From positions 96,130 through 160,129 of the forward strand of contig CBFFRP010000285.1 in the NCBI GenBank assembly GCA_965644295.1: a stretch of 64,000 bases of DNA, written 5' to 3'. A program made the translations under genes and the position numbers. Positions 1-11,822 of the stretch are shown here, piece after piece; position 1 is the first letter of the stretch, and each line of letters opens with the position of its first letter. The stretch comes from Paraphysomonas bandaiensis (Eukaryota > Protista > Chrysophyceae). The notes below the pieces were generated by a model, which worked only from the letters and a program-made list of their open reading frames with translations, did not search any database and was not told the DNA's origin.

Positions 1-98
1 GTCGTAAAGAAGGAAGAAATTATTCGCCAAAAATTACAATAAAGCTCATACAGCATACAGTACATAATAAAAACACACTACCTCTACGTTAACGAAAT

Positions 99-1559
99 TT
101 ACTTCTTCCTTCGTTTATCATATGATACTGAATACTCTAAGCCTTCATTCAATTTATTAAGGTCATTCTTGTACCACATCCCATCATAATTTTTGTCAAA
201 CAGATCGAACACAGCATTGACTTCATCATCGCTAATTTCTTTTGTTCCTTTAATAGACGCAAAGAGTTCGGCAAACTCCGACTTGGTAAGTTTTCCGGCA
301 CTACCAGGCTCATTAACTCGTTGATGGGCAAAATTAAGGAGAACGTCAATAGTGTGAGAGTCTGAGAAAACACTCTCCAATACCCTTCTCTCAGCCACTT
401 GCAGTTGCTCCGCGGACTCAGGCGAGTCCCCACGCATATATCGCAGCAGTCGGTAAAACACAATTAACGAAGCACCAACGGAGCCGCCCGTCAGTGCGTA
501 AAATATATGCTCCTGCTCCTCCAGTCCTGACAGAAGGTTCATGCCAAAGGCGCTAAAAACAGCACTGCACACGCTCACACACACAGCGGAGGCAGCAAGG
601 CTGGCGTTCAGCCACAATAACCGATTCCGCCGAATCTTCATGCTCAAGTCCGCGAGATCTTGCTTACTCTTAATCTTATGCTGTAGATGCATTACGTCGT
701 GAAGGGAAGACGATAACCTCAGAGCGTAGTTTTCTAGGAGCAGTTCAGCATCCTCGTGCATGGATATGTCAAACTTCAGATCCTTAGCAGTAGCATTGGA
801 TCTGGCTGTCAGAAGCATTCCGGCCATATCCTCGTCATTATCAAGAATATTCTCAAGACTGGACTGGGCTTCTTTAAGCTCTAACTCGAATTCATATAGC
901 AGATCAGCAAGTGGAGATAGTTTGTAGATAACATCGTCACTACTATTTGACCTGTTGGATCCATTCCACATAAGTTTCTGTAACCATGATAAACGTTTTC
1001 CATTAGACTGAATTCCAAAGTTTTCACTACCATCTAAAGTAGCATTATGTAATAATGTATTATATAATGCTATACGACGATCAAAATTATCACATATTTC
1101 TTTAAAAAGTTCTTCTAGTATTTGTAATTCAAAATCTTGATTTTCAGATCGTTGTGTTTTAACAAGCCGATGTATCCATGCCTGTACAGCAGGTAGATGA
1201 GGATCAAATACAAGTGTTTTATCAGATAATAATATTGCTTTAATATTCCCTAATGATGCTAATACACATGTATGACGTGGTAATAATACAGGTGATATTT
1301 TTCTACGTGTATATTTCATTTGTAATAAATGAGTATCATCAAATGACATTCCTAATGCTATAATATCACGATAATGTAATGAAAACTGGGTTTTAATGCT
1401 CTTTAATGTAGTTTTCTTCTCATAATAATTCCAAAATTTATCAACAATAACTACATTAATTTCATTAGTACGTAATTCAGATGAGAATTTTCGATATCTA
1501 AACAGTTGTTTCCATTGATGGATGATAGTAGAGAACATATGTGATCGATGTAATGTCAT
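99..1559 (-). CDS. MRS2: MRS2/CorA-family Mg2+ transporter with C-terminal EF-hand
   Basis: 486-aa ORF; MRS2-type motifs (FELQILE, LLDNDEDM-like, ELLLENY, RRNRLL), TM1 ending in the GMN signature (AFGMNL), a second TM, then an EF-hand-like loop FDLFDKNYDG. Confidence 0.85.
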   Translation of the reverse strand: MTLHRSHMFSTIIHQWKQLFRYRKFSSELRTNEINVVIVDKFWNYYEKKTTLKSIKTQFSLHYRDIIALGMSFDDTHLLQMKYTRRKISPVLLPRHTCVLASLGNIKAILLSDKTLVFDPHLPAVQAWIHRLVKTQRSENQDFELQILEELFKEICDNFDRRIALYNTLLHNATLDGSENFGIQSNGKRLSWLQKLMWNGSNRSNSSDDVIYKLSPLADLLYEFELELKEAQSSLENILDNDEDMAGMLLTARSNATAKDLKFDISMHEDAELLLENYALRLSSSLHDVMHLQHKIKSKQDLADLSMKIRRNRLLWLNASLAASAVCVSVCSAVFSAFGMNLLSGLEEQEHIFYALTGGSVGASLIVFYRLLRYMRGDSPESAEQLQVAERRVLESVFSDSHTIDVLLNFAHQRVNEPGSAGKLTKSEFAELFASIKGTKEISDDEVNAVFDLFDKNYDGMWYKNDLNKLNEGLEYSVSYDKRRKK

Positions 1560-2150
1560 GTTGATTTAAGATGGTGATATTATGGGATGGAATTAGAGGC
1601 AGTCAGTGTATTGATATGATGATACATGGCATGGTACTGCTGTATATACAGTACAGTACAGTGACATCTTGAAGAGGTACTCTAGTGTCAACTGCTATAG
1701 ATATACAATAACAGAATATGTATGTACTTCTTGTCCTGTATGTACAGTACAACCACTCTAGATTTTCCAGATTTTCTAGATTTTAGACACCGATTTTGTT
1801 TTAAAAGCTGGAAAAGAGTATAATAATTTCATTATTTTCTTGGGTTTTTAGTATACTGTAATTGGTCGTGTTATTTCTGGACTGCTTTTGTACATATACA
1901 CCAGCACCATATGTATGGTCTTGTACTTGTATACGACTGTATGTATGGTGTACACATGTATATGTATGTATGTACAGAGAGTATATAGCAGTTAAGTCTG
2001 TGGTCTCATCTACTTGAAATAAGCCACCATCGACTATACATACATACTGCATAATAACCATAGATAAATGTAGATAACCTCCAGTATAACTTCTATCATC
2101 CTCAGCTATCTATATAGCGGGAGTTATCACACTATAATCACCACTCAAAG

Positions 2151-3347
2151 ATGAGTATTACGATGCATACGAGTCTCAGGTATGCATTCATATATTTCAG
2201 TTATTGTAACTAATAACTAAATCAGTGATTCGATTTGGTACATAATCATTATGTGTACTATATGTACTGGAGTTTGGTGTTTGTTTACTGTATTCATGCC
2301 TCTTATTAAGACGTTTACCAAACCATATCAACACCCTGTCATAATTGACTTGAATGGTGTACATTACCCCGTTTCGTACTGGACAGAGAAAGGAGGGCGA
2401 CCATACCAGGTTACTTCACTATGGAAGTCGCATATTGCTTTGTGTAATTCAATGTTTACAGGAGGATAGACACGATGCGTTGAAAGGGCGTGGTGCAGAC
2501 GATAGTTCATTATACGGTGTGTTTGATGGACACGGTGGACATAGAGCAGCACAATACTGCAAGAAACACATGTTAAATACAATACTTGCTGATGAAATGT
2601 TTGAATCGAACCCAGCTGAGGCTATGATCAAGAGCTTTCACAGGTTGGTAGATTTGTACAAACTTACATTCAAACTGTCAACCAATGGATTCTGGGTAAA
2701 TAGGATTGATAGTGAATTTGTGGGCGTGTCAAAGAAATGGGGGTATACGGACGGCACCACGGCCGTAGTTGCTCTCATTAGCAACAAACATATAGTGGTT
2801 GCGAACGCCGGTGACTCGCGTTGCATGATAGTACAGAGGGAAGGGAGAGCATATGCACTCTCTGTCGATCACAAGCCGTCACGGTATGACAAGCAAACGT
2901 CTTTGCTACTTTCTAAAATACTTATGTAGAGAGGATGAGGAACAACGTATTAAAGACCTAGGAGGAAAAGTAATTTTTTGGGGTCGGTGGAGAGTGGAGG
3001 GTGTGCTCGCTGTCTCAAGAGCAATTGGCGACATCAACCTGAAACCATACGTTACTTGCGACCCCGAAATTCAGACAAAAGAAATTACCGATGAGGATTT
3101 ATACATGGTCATAGCTTCTGATGGCCTATGGGATGTGATGACGAATGATGATGTTGCTTCCTTTGTAATCAGGTGGGTGATTTCTTCATTCATGCTTCTT
3201 TATGTATCCTCATATGTGCACCCGCGGAGTAGAAGTTGTCAGCGACAGGATTTTAAACACATCGCTAGGGATCTTTGCTGCGAAGCATTTCTGTTAGGCT
3301 CCACAGACAACGTAACGGTCCAAGTGATTGATTTAAGGTTAATATGA
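2151..3347 (+). CDS. PP2C/PPM protein phosphatase, multi-exon, with N-terminal hydrophobic segment
   Basis: Spliced motifs GGRPYQ|[49 protein letters not shown]; the first intron 2180-2225 joins ATG 2151 in frame. Confidence 0.9.
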
Positions 3348-3522
3348 CAGAGATTGAATCTGTAGCAGCTCTAACTTGATTACGACATGCAGGAAGAAAT
3401 GCAGTGTTACATGACCACAGGGCCTCTTCATAGTTATGTAAATATATTTGGAGTATCGTCGTTAGAATTTAGAATATCTCTAATTTAAACATAAAATGGT
3501 TATTGTTTTGTATTTAGTTGAC

Positions 3523-4005
3523 TAGTAGTGAATGTCTTATTATTAGCAATAGGCGTTAAGAGTCAGTGCTTAACTCTGATAGCCTACTATGTAACGCTAC
3601 GAAAGCTGCTTGTGCTTCACCGTAAGCACCAAAGTGCGACCACTTTCGCTCTATTACTCAAAGCAAACGCAGTGAGAAAGCAGAATGTTGATATACCTGG
3701 CATCTGCTGACTTTAGGATTTTTGAGTCCTTAAGGTGAACAGCCCGGATGCTTGACATCAGCAGGCAGCCCAATACCCCAGACGCCCTTGAGGTGGTCAC
3801 ATTCCCATTGCCTGTTTATTCGTTAGGGCCCAAAGACGTCTACAAAAGTGACATATCTTAATAGTGTTCCTTATATCACACAAGCATTAGGCTATGTGTG
3901 GACAGAAAATTATCTGCTGACTATACATGTAGAAAATATCTCCGGTATTTATTATTTATCCCCCAGAACACCACGAAAAGGTGTAAGTCCGACTTTGTTA
4001 TGGGC
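3523..4005 (-). mobile_element. Non-autonomous retroelement (SINE/SIDE-like), copy 1
   Basis: Homologous to 45561-46077 and 60611-60949; its 3' end matches the LINE 3' UTR (..CGCCTATTGCTAATAATAAGACATTCACTACTA); 5' end has HDV-like core ACC-TTTTCGT-GGT. Confidence 0.8.
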
Positions 4006-4080
4006 AATAATTGCTAATTGACATTTAATAGAATACAATTAAGTGCTACGTAACCCTGTAGAGTAGGTCACTTTTGAGTG

Positions 4081-4654
4081 CTCAGTGTTAGAATACGTAT
4101 ATTTTTCTAAGATAGTACTGTAGAATACGTTAAATACAATATGAAAAACAGTATTATGTAGTCAAAGATACTATATAGTATATAGCTATAACAGTGAAAC
4201 TGAAGTATCATGACAATTCAAGATACGGAAGTTGAGCAGTGGTTGACATGAACGAAATATATATTATGCTGTTGACGTTGACATGTTTTAGATAACAACA
4301 CACAATAGTGTGTCCAATATAATAAAATAGTCTATCTATAGTTTGATACAACAAGCTTCTCTTAACGATCTTAATTATGTGAAAATGACGTTAAGAAAAG
4401 TTGCGTCGTTGGACTATATAGTATATAGGGTATAATTAAAGGTTAATGGTAATGCCATTATAATTGCCGGGACATTCTTCATTAATGCCGTTATAATTGC
4501 CGTGAACTGGACTACCATTAATGGTTACCAGGCCCTTCAGCTCTGTATCTTTAATCATCACGATACTTCAGTTTCACAGCTCAATAGCTATACAGATTTG
4601 ACAACGTAATACTTTTCTATCTCAGGGAAACATACTTATTCCAACAATCACTGG
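4081..4654. repeat. Degenerate long inverted repeat (old MITE/foldback remnant)
   Basis: Arms ~4081-4236 and ~4535-4654 are imperfect reverse complements; exact core GTGAAACTGAAGTATC (4194-4209) / GATACTTCAGTTTCAC (4562-4577). Confidence 0.6.
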
Positions 4655-4933
4655 TAGCAAAAAGTTCAGTTGAATTGGTGAAATAGTAAATATCAGCGAA
4701 ACAATAGTGAGCAGTACTGACGCACATTGCTTTATAATTACATATCATCCTATTCAAGTTTATATTATTGAGTGAATGAAATGTTACTACGTGCGAAAAA
4801 CTGTCAAATTAATAGTGCCTAAAATACGCACAAATACTTCCAGAATGGGAATAAATATAACAAATTTGAAAATCTGATCGTCGCAATGAATGTTTGCTTA
4901 CCATATATGGCTTCTAAATTTGGACGACAACTA

Positions 4934-6490
4934 CTACATTTTCCAGTTCAAGCTATCCAATGAGGACGGTGCAGTCTGATTCTGCGGAGGGGCAGCGAAG
5001 CCTCTTCCTCTGCCCATGGCAGGGGCGGTCCCAGCAGACCCTAGACTAGAAATCGCAGCGCTATTCGACGAGTACATTCCTCCTCCCATTCCCATATGCT
5101 GCTGCTGTGGCTGAGAAGAAGTGAAGGATGCGAAAGGGTCAGCGGACTGGCTTTGCCGAGGCTGCTGTGGCTGTAAGTTTTGAGGCGATAACACAGGGAA
5201 CCCTCCACCTCCAGAACCACCCATGTGAGTCACGCCAAATGGCACAGATGGCTGCTGACTGGCCGTTGCCTGTGGCGATTTCATTACACTGGGGCCAGTT
5301 CCACCTGAAGTAGTCATCTGGTTTAAAGAGGGTCCACTCTGAGCTGTCGAAGTTTGTGGCCTGGGCCCGTTCCCCTTGAGATCCAGGTCCACCAAGCCCG
5401 ACCACTGGTCTTTCTTTTGTGGAGGGGCTGGTGCAGGGGTAGGATCAGGGTTATTTGCGACAACAGTCGCACCAGTGTCATGGGAAGTAGGGGGAGGGGG
5501 GGGCATATCGAATGTCAATCCTGAGAACTCGTTAAGAATATCATTGGAAGTCTTCTGGGGCTGGTTTTGCGAAGTCGAAGGTGTGGGATCAGAAAAGAAA
5601 TCGAATTCAGCAGCAGTTTGGGCCTTGGGCTGAACTGCCGCTGACTGAGAGGGATGCGAGAAGGGGTCAGAGGACTGCCCGCTGGACAACGTCCCGAAAG
5701 CGTCGAAGCCATCGCTCTGCGATGAAACCTTTTGATCAGTGCCGAATGCACCGCCGCCGAAAGCGTCAGTGGTGGCACCTTGGGTCGGCTCAGAGGAGCC
5801 GAATGGGTCGAAAGATGCTGATCTCTCTGTTCTCTCTGAGGAAGAAAAAGGATCGAATGATCCAGATCGAGTGGCCCTTCCAGTAGGAGAGAAAGGGTCA
5901 AACGTGCCGCCAGTCTCCTGCTTTTCAACTTTCTCTGGTGCTCGAGTCACAGGTTTATTCTTGGTGGTCTCGGTTGCCTGCTGTGCAACGGCAGGCTTGT
6001 TCAAAGTTGTTGGCTTTCTCTGAAAGTCTTCAAACCGGACACTGTCAATAGTGAAGACGTACGTGGGGTCCGTAGCAACACTTGTATCTGCTTCTACACG
6101 AAACAAATGACCGGATGACTCCCATCCATGAGAAAAGTCACTCGAAAATGGGTTGCTCGCAGAAGTGATCTCTCTCCCATCTTCAGATATCACCTATATG
6201 AATTTAAATTGTAAAAAAACAATAGTCACAACGATGGAAGCTATACCCTCTTTCCAGATAACACACTGTGGACGAGCAGAACTTCATGTTCTCTATCGCT
6301 GTCACACCATCCAAATCTCCATGTAACTTTTCTTTTAGTACCTGATAAAACAGTGAATAAATCACACTATAATGTATACTAGATCCATATTACCTGCGAT
6401 GGTTTTACCAGTTTGTTGATTAGAGTGTGTGATCCTATAGGGAGTGGGCTTTGGAACAAATTTAATAGAACCACGACGAGAGGATGACAT
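4934..6490 (-). CDS. FAIM-like N-terminal domain protein with a disordered tail of DPF and clathrin-box motifs (putative clathrin adaptor/accessory protein); 3 exons
   Basis: ATG 6490 plus two GT-AG introns gives ...KVTWRFGW..HEVLLVHSVLSGKR|VISEDGREI; tail has several (F)DPF and DAF motifs and LVDLD. Confidence 0.65.
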
Positions 6491-6730
6491 TACACACAAA
6501 ATAAAATATTAATTTCTTATAAAAATCTGGAGTGATATGAGTGTTAATGTGTGTAATATGTGCATATACACTTGATGCAACAATTGATCGCAACCCCCCT
6601 CCTTACACAGAGAGAGGAATCATATGCAGCAATGGAATGCCGCCAAAAATAGCATCCAACACATGTTTTAGACTTCTAAAAAAATACCTATAGGAGAGTC
6701 CATACAAGTACATCCCTAGCTACATATATC

Positions 6731-7428
6731 TACTACCTACCTACGTACATACATATACATACATACATACATACATACATACATACATACATACATACAT
6801 ACATACATACATACATACATACATACATACATACATACATACATACATACATACATACATACATACATACATACATACATACATACATACATACATACAT
6901 ACATACATACATACATACATACATACATACATACATACATACATACATACATACATACATACATACATACATGCATACATACATACATACATACATACAT
7001 ACATACATACATACATACATACATACATACATACATACATACATACATACATACATACATACATACATACATACATACATACATACATACATACATGCAT
7101 ACATACCTACCTACCTACCTACCTACCTACCTACATACATACATACATACATACATACATACATACATACATGCATACATACATACATACATACATACAT
7201 ACATACATACATACATACATACATACATACATACATACATACATACATACATACATACATACATACATACATACATACATACATACATACATACATACAT
7301 ACATACATACATACATACATACATACATACATACATACATACATACATACATACATACATACATACATACATACATACATACATGCATACATACATACAT
7401 ACCTACCTACATACATACATTCATACAT
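6731..7428. repeat. (TACA)n microsatellite, ~700 bp, with TACC and TGCA variant units
   Basis: Direct reading. Confidence 0.98.
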
Positions 7429-7788
7429 AGAGCCGTTTTTGTGTATGTGTGTTTGTTTTTTTGGTGGATGTTACAATTAAAGAAACGAATATATATACAT
7501 GTACATATAGCATAGAGTCATCACGATACATTCCCCTCATTGTAGTAAGGTTTCTCACTTTAAAGTATTCAAAGGTTGTAGTTGTCTTGATTATTTCATG
7601 GTTAGACTTGTCGTTTGAGTTCACAGTGTTCAGAGTCATACAGCTAATGCAATAAGCCTAGTAACCTTCCATCTCTGATCTACTTGCTCTAATTACATAC
7701 AATACATTGAACACAGACCTCTGTTGTATAAAGGGATACACATATAATTATCAGATAAGCAAGTTGTTGTTTCCTCGTCATTAGCAAG

Positions 7789-9563
7789 ATGAATCCACGA
7801 ACTCTGGAACCTATTGACCCGGCAGTTGTACGTCCATCAAGTGTGGAAAAAAAACGTCACCGTAAATTAAAATTAGAAAAATTGAGACAAGAGAAACACG
7901 CCACTACAATTCAGTCAATATGGCGTGGTGCAAAGACCCGCAAGGAACTAGAGAAAAATACTACAGCTGGAAGCCCTTGTAGTGGGCCAACGAAGTGTGA
8001 TAATGAGAATGTCGATGGGCCTGCGTCTAGTCAGTCGGACGAGGAGAATAAGGAGGCTATAAGCGAAGACATCGTTTTACCAGCGGATGCTCAGAAAGAA
8101 ATCTCTTCTGATCGGAAACCTGAGGACGAGCCTCAAACTTATTCGTGGCCGGAGACAATGCACGATACGTTTGAGTACTGCGAGAGCGATCAGTGGCACA
8201 ATTTAGAGACTGCCAGCCATCACGATATTATGGCATGGGTATTAGACAACAAAAAGGTGTTGTTCCGGGCTGTGACCTGGAATATGATGGCCAAGAAGCC
8301 ACCACCTGCTGAAGATATACAGCGCAAGCTGCTACCTCTTAATAGGTATAAGACACTGTATGTGGATCCTGCTGTTGTAAAGTATACTTCCAATAAGGTT
8401 TCATATTATTGCTTTCGGAACGGAGGAGTGTGAGAGATCCATCGCGAAGTCTGCTGTCAACCCAAGCAAGCGCATCTGGGAGGCGTATTTGCTAGAGGTC
8501 GTGGGCGAAAAATATGTGCCGCTTCGCTCCCACACACTGCAGGTGAGATGTGATTGTATTTAAATTTATTACTTTAGAGGTAAACATTCAGTGCAGGCCA
8601 CTCACATTATGGTGTTTGTTCATGCCGCAATTATGCCGATGGTATCAGAAGTGTCATCTGCTGCGGTTGCATGCGGTGTGGCTAACAAACTCGGAAATAA
8701 AGGCGGTGTCGCAGTGTCAATGAAAATAGCAGATAGTCGATTTGTGATAGTTAACGCTCATCTAGCTGCTCACCAGAATGATGTCGATGAGAGGAATGCT
8801 CAAATAGCGAAGATATTTGCTGAGCTTCCCTCTCTATTGGTGCGTCGGAGCGCAGCAGATAAAGTCATTGCTGTAGATCCAAGTGTGGAGGTCGATGCTG
8901 ATAACAAGAATAATGATGCTAAAGTTCCAGAGAATGGTAGTGTTGAGTATGATGTCAGCATGGAGACGTTTGCAGATCGACTGGTGTTTATGGGAGACCT
9001 TAACTATCGCATAAACGGAAACAGGTTGCAGGGTCAGTATGTTGCAACAGTCATCGTAATTTTTTCTTGGCAGATCTGTAGTGGATAAGCTTCTTCGAAT
9101 GAATATGTACGAAGTCCTTCAATCCAATGATCAACTGCGGTGAGTTCTGTTTCTTAATTTACGCATGCGCCCACGTACATTGTCCAATTTTTGCAGGTTA
9201 AGTAAAGCTGCAAATAAGATTCCGACTTTCCTTCACGGTAACACTTGTTCTTAATAGTTCTCGTAGAAGACTAATATGATTTCAGAGGCACCGGTTCACT
9301 TTTTTCCAACTTATAAACTTGATGCTGGAAAGGACGATTATGACACCGGGCCTAAGCAGCGCATTCCTAGTTGGACTGACAGAATTTTATACAAGCAAGA
9401 TGGAATGGAAGCTATTGCATATGACTCTGTTCGTGATGTAAGAACCTCGGATCACAGGCCAGTTTTTGCATCTTTTATTGTAAATATAGATGCGATGAAA
9501 GATAACTACATGGAATCGTCGCATGCATTTAGCTCTGAGAGTCAAGTATGCCGCATTATGTAG
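7789..9563 (+). CDS. Inositol polyphosphate 5-phosphatase (INPP5E-like) with IQ motif and CaaX end; multi-exon
   Basis: VTWNM, GTEEC, GNKGGV, NAHLAAHQ, FMGDLNYR, PTYK, RIPSWTDRILY, SDHRPV; IQSIWRGAKTR; ends CRIM*. Confidence 0.9.
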
Positions 9564-10149
9564 TTTTTTTATTTACACCATGTTTATCTCGAGTGTAAAG
9601 TGTAGTAAACTGTTATATAGAGAGTACTATTAACTCACAGAAGTTAACGGTATACTAGATATATTATATACATTGGGTTTAAGTGAAGAAACACTTTGGA
9701 GCAGTTTTATTTTTACTATGTATATCGCAGTAAATTACTCTTCCTACAACGAGGCTTCATGTGTGTAGGTTAGACAAAACCATGGTGTGATGGAGTGTGA
9801 TGAATGAGATTATAAAATTATCCGTTATATTTATCATTCTAATTTAATTCCGCTTAGTTGTGATGAACAAGCCGTATAATAAGAAATATAAAGCAGAAAT
9901 GCAGAGTAATTTGAAGTGCAAGTATGCAGCTGGAGCTAGGGAACAATATAGTGTAATATTCGACCGTATATAACCAATATACCCACGTTGTTATTGTTAA
10001 TGCTAGAAAAGTTTATATTAAAAGGCGTCGTGCGTATATGATAAATGATTCAGGTAAGTCGTACAAAAGTATCATATATGAGATATTAGTGTATGTTGTA
10101 TGTGTGATGAAGGTAATGTTGAATGTTGACGACATAGGTATGTATGTAT

Positions 10150-10257
10150 CAGGGCTGTGTAACAATTCAGATTAGATGTGATGAATAAGCTGTATAATAT
10201 AAAAGTTAAAGTAGAGATTAGTGTTTAATAATTGCAATTAATTGTTACGCAGCCCTG
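10150..10257. mobile_element. Short MITE with hAT-like CAGGG termini
   Basis: CAGGGCTGTGTAACAATT ... AATTGTTACGCAGCCCTG; lone matching ends at 18810 and 46600; no clear TSD. Confidence 0.55.
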
Positions 10258-10386
10258 CATAGATTTGACGTATTCAAACTTAAGAAGAAAAGTAAAACAG
10301 AATATTCGATTCTTAATAATAAGATGTTTTAGACGTAAATATATTGCAAAAACTCTTTGTGAAACAAACGAAATTAAATAATTCAT

Positions 10387-11181
10387 CTACACAAGAGGTG
10401 GCAAAGGGGGTGGAAGGGGAATGGATTTTTTATCGACAGGTGAAGAAGATGTACAACTGGAATCTAATCTATCAGCGGGAAGAGAAGAACAAGATTTTTT
10501 CTCTCTCTTCGTGTGCTTGTAATATGTTGCATCGGCATTACATACACTCAGAGCTTCTTCCTCGCTAGCATCACATGGTACTATTGCAGTGCCAATAGGA
10601 ATCGGCCTCGGATGGTAGGATCCCGGAGGCGGATGAATCCAACTCTCATTTATTGGGCAATCTTGTGAAATGCTGGCCTTAGCTTCCGCCGTAACGATGT
10701 GTAGATATAGGCTTAATTCTGCATCATCACCCAGCCACACACACAACGGCGTCCAGTAGGGTCCAACAGGATTCCCAACAGTGACCACACGTGTCCCTAT
10801 AGGAAAAACGTTCAATATATTGTGACCCATGATCTCATATCCAAAATAACTCAGAAACATGTATACAGATATATCAGTGAAGGCGCCTGGATTGAACTCT
10901 TTGCAGAACTGTTCGGCATCACACTGCAACACTGCGACCGATGTATCACTTTTATATTGAACTCTCTTTCGTGCACGTTCAACAAGTAAGGGATCGTTTT
11001 CTACTCCCATACAAGTGCAGTCATAATTTGTGGTAATGTATTCAATGACATGACCTTCCCCGCATCCTATATCAATTACAAGAGAATTGCATGCATTGGG
11101 ATTCAATAGAGTCAATGCTCGGTGTAATAAGACCTTCGATTTAGATTCTTTGAAGCCAGCTAGTACACGACAGTTTTCCAT
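10387..11181 (-). CDS. Class I SAM-dependent methyltransferase (FAM173-like) with Pro-rich tail
   Basis: VIDIGCGEG motif I, GVEND, CDA, YMFL, GTRVVT; likely start MENC at 11181. Confidence 0.7.
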   Translation of the reverse strand: MENCRVLAGFKESKSKVLLHRALTLLNPNACNSLVIDIGCGEGHVIEYITTNYDCTCMGVENDPLLVERARKRVQYKSDTSVAVLQCDAEQFCKEFNPGAFTDISVYMFLSYFGYEIMGHNILNVFPIGTRVVTVGNPVGPYWTPLCVWLGDDAELSLYLHIVTAEAKASISQDCPINESWIHPPPGSYHPRPIPIGTAIVPCDASEEEALSVCNADATYYKHTKREKKSCSSLPADRLDSSCTSSSPVDKKSIPLPPPLPPLV

Positions 11182-11822
11182 TGAGGCTTTGTCATATATT
11201 ATGCAATTAACTATTAAACTATGCACACTAACAGACCATACATGCATGCATTGAGGGCAAGAAGTGTTGTATTCTACGCGGTTTTTACAAGATTTCGGAA
11301 TATATTGCTAAAATTTACAGATTGCAAGCAAAATATGGAAAATATTGAGATAAACTCCAATTTTTACTGAATTTGTTCCAGTACTTTCTGTGTACTGTAC
11401 TCAGAAAAGATATTATGAAAAGCACTGTTTTCGTACTCAGTTTACCAGTGACTCATATGTCCCCTCTCAATATCAGAGTTTTTATAGCAGTATATGCACT
11501 ATATAGCAGTTTGTCCCTATAAAAACTATATATAGGAAATTATATATATAAAAACTAGTATAAATATGCAGTAGAAATCAGTTTCATTTTTTTTATTATA
11601 TCTTTCATATGTATTGTACGTAGACATACATATACACACATATACATATACATAAACACCAGCATGTACAGCAGTATATACATACATACATACATACACA
11701 TAGAGATACACCACACCACACTCTACTATACTCTTAACAGGATCATATCATACACTCAATGAACCCTTAATCTTCTTATATAATCCTCTAATAATCTTTC
11801 ATTATAATAAAACAACGATACG

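Noticed and set aside
3523-4005. tRNA- or 5S-derived head and TSDs for the SINE-like copies
   Set aside because: No A/B boxes or cloverleaf recognised; flanking duplications not detectable by eye
6733-7515. MYVC/HTYI-repeat ORFs (also 42600-43124 and 51108-51735)
   Set aside because: Stop-free translations of (TACA)n arrays; no evidence of coding
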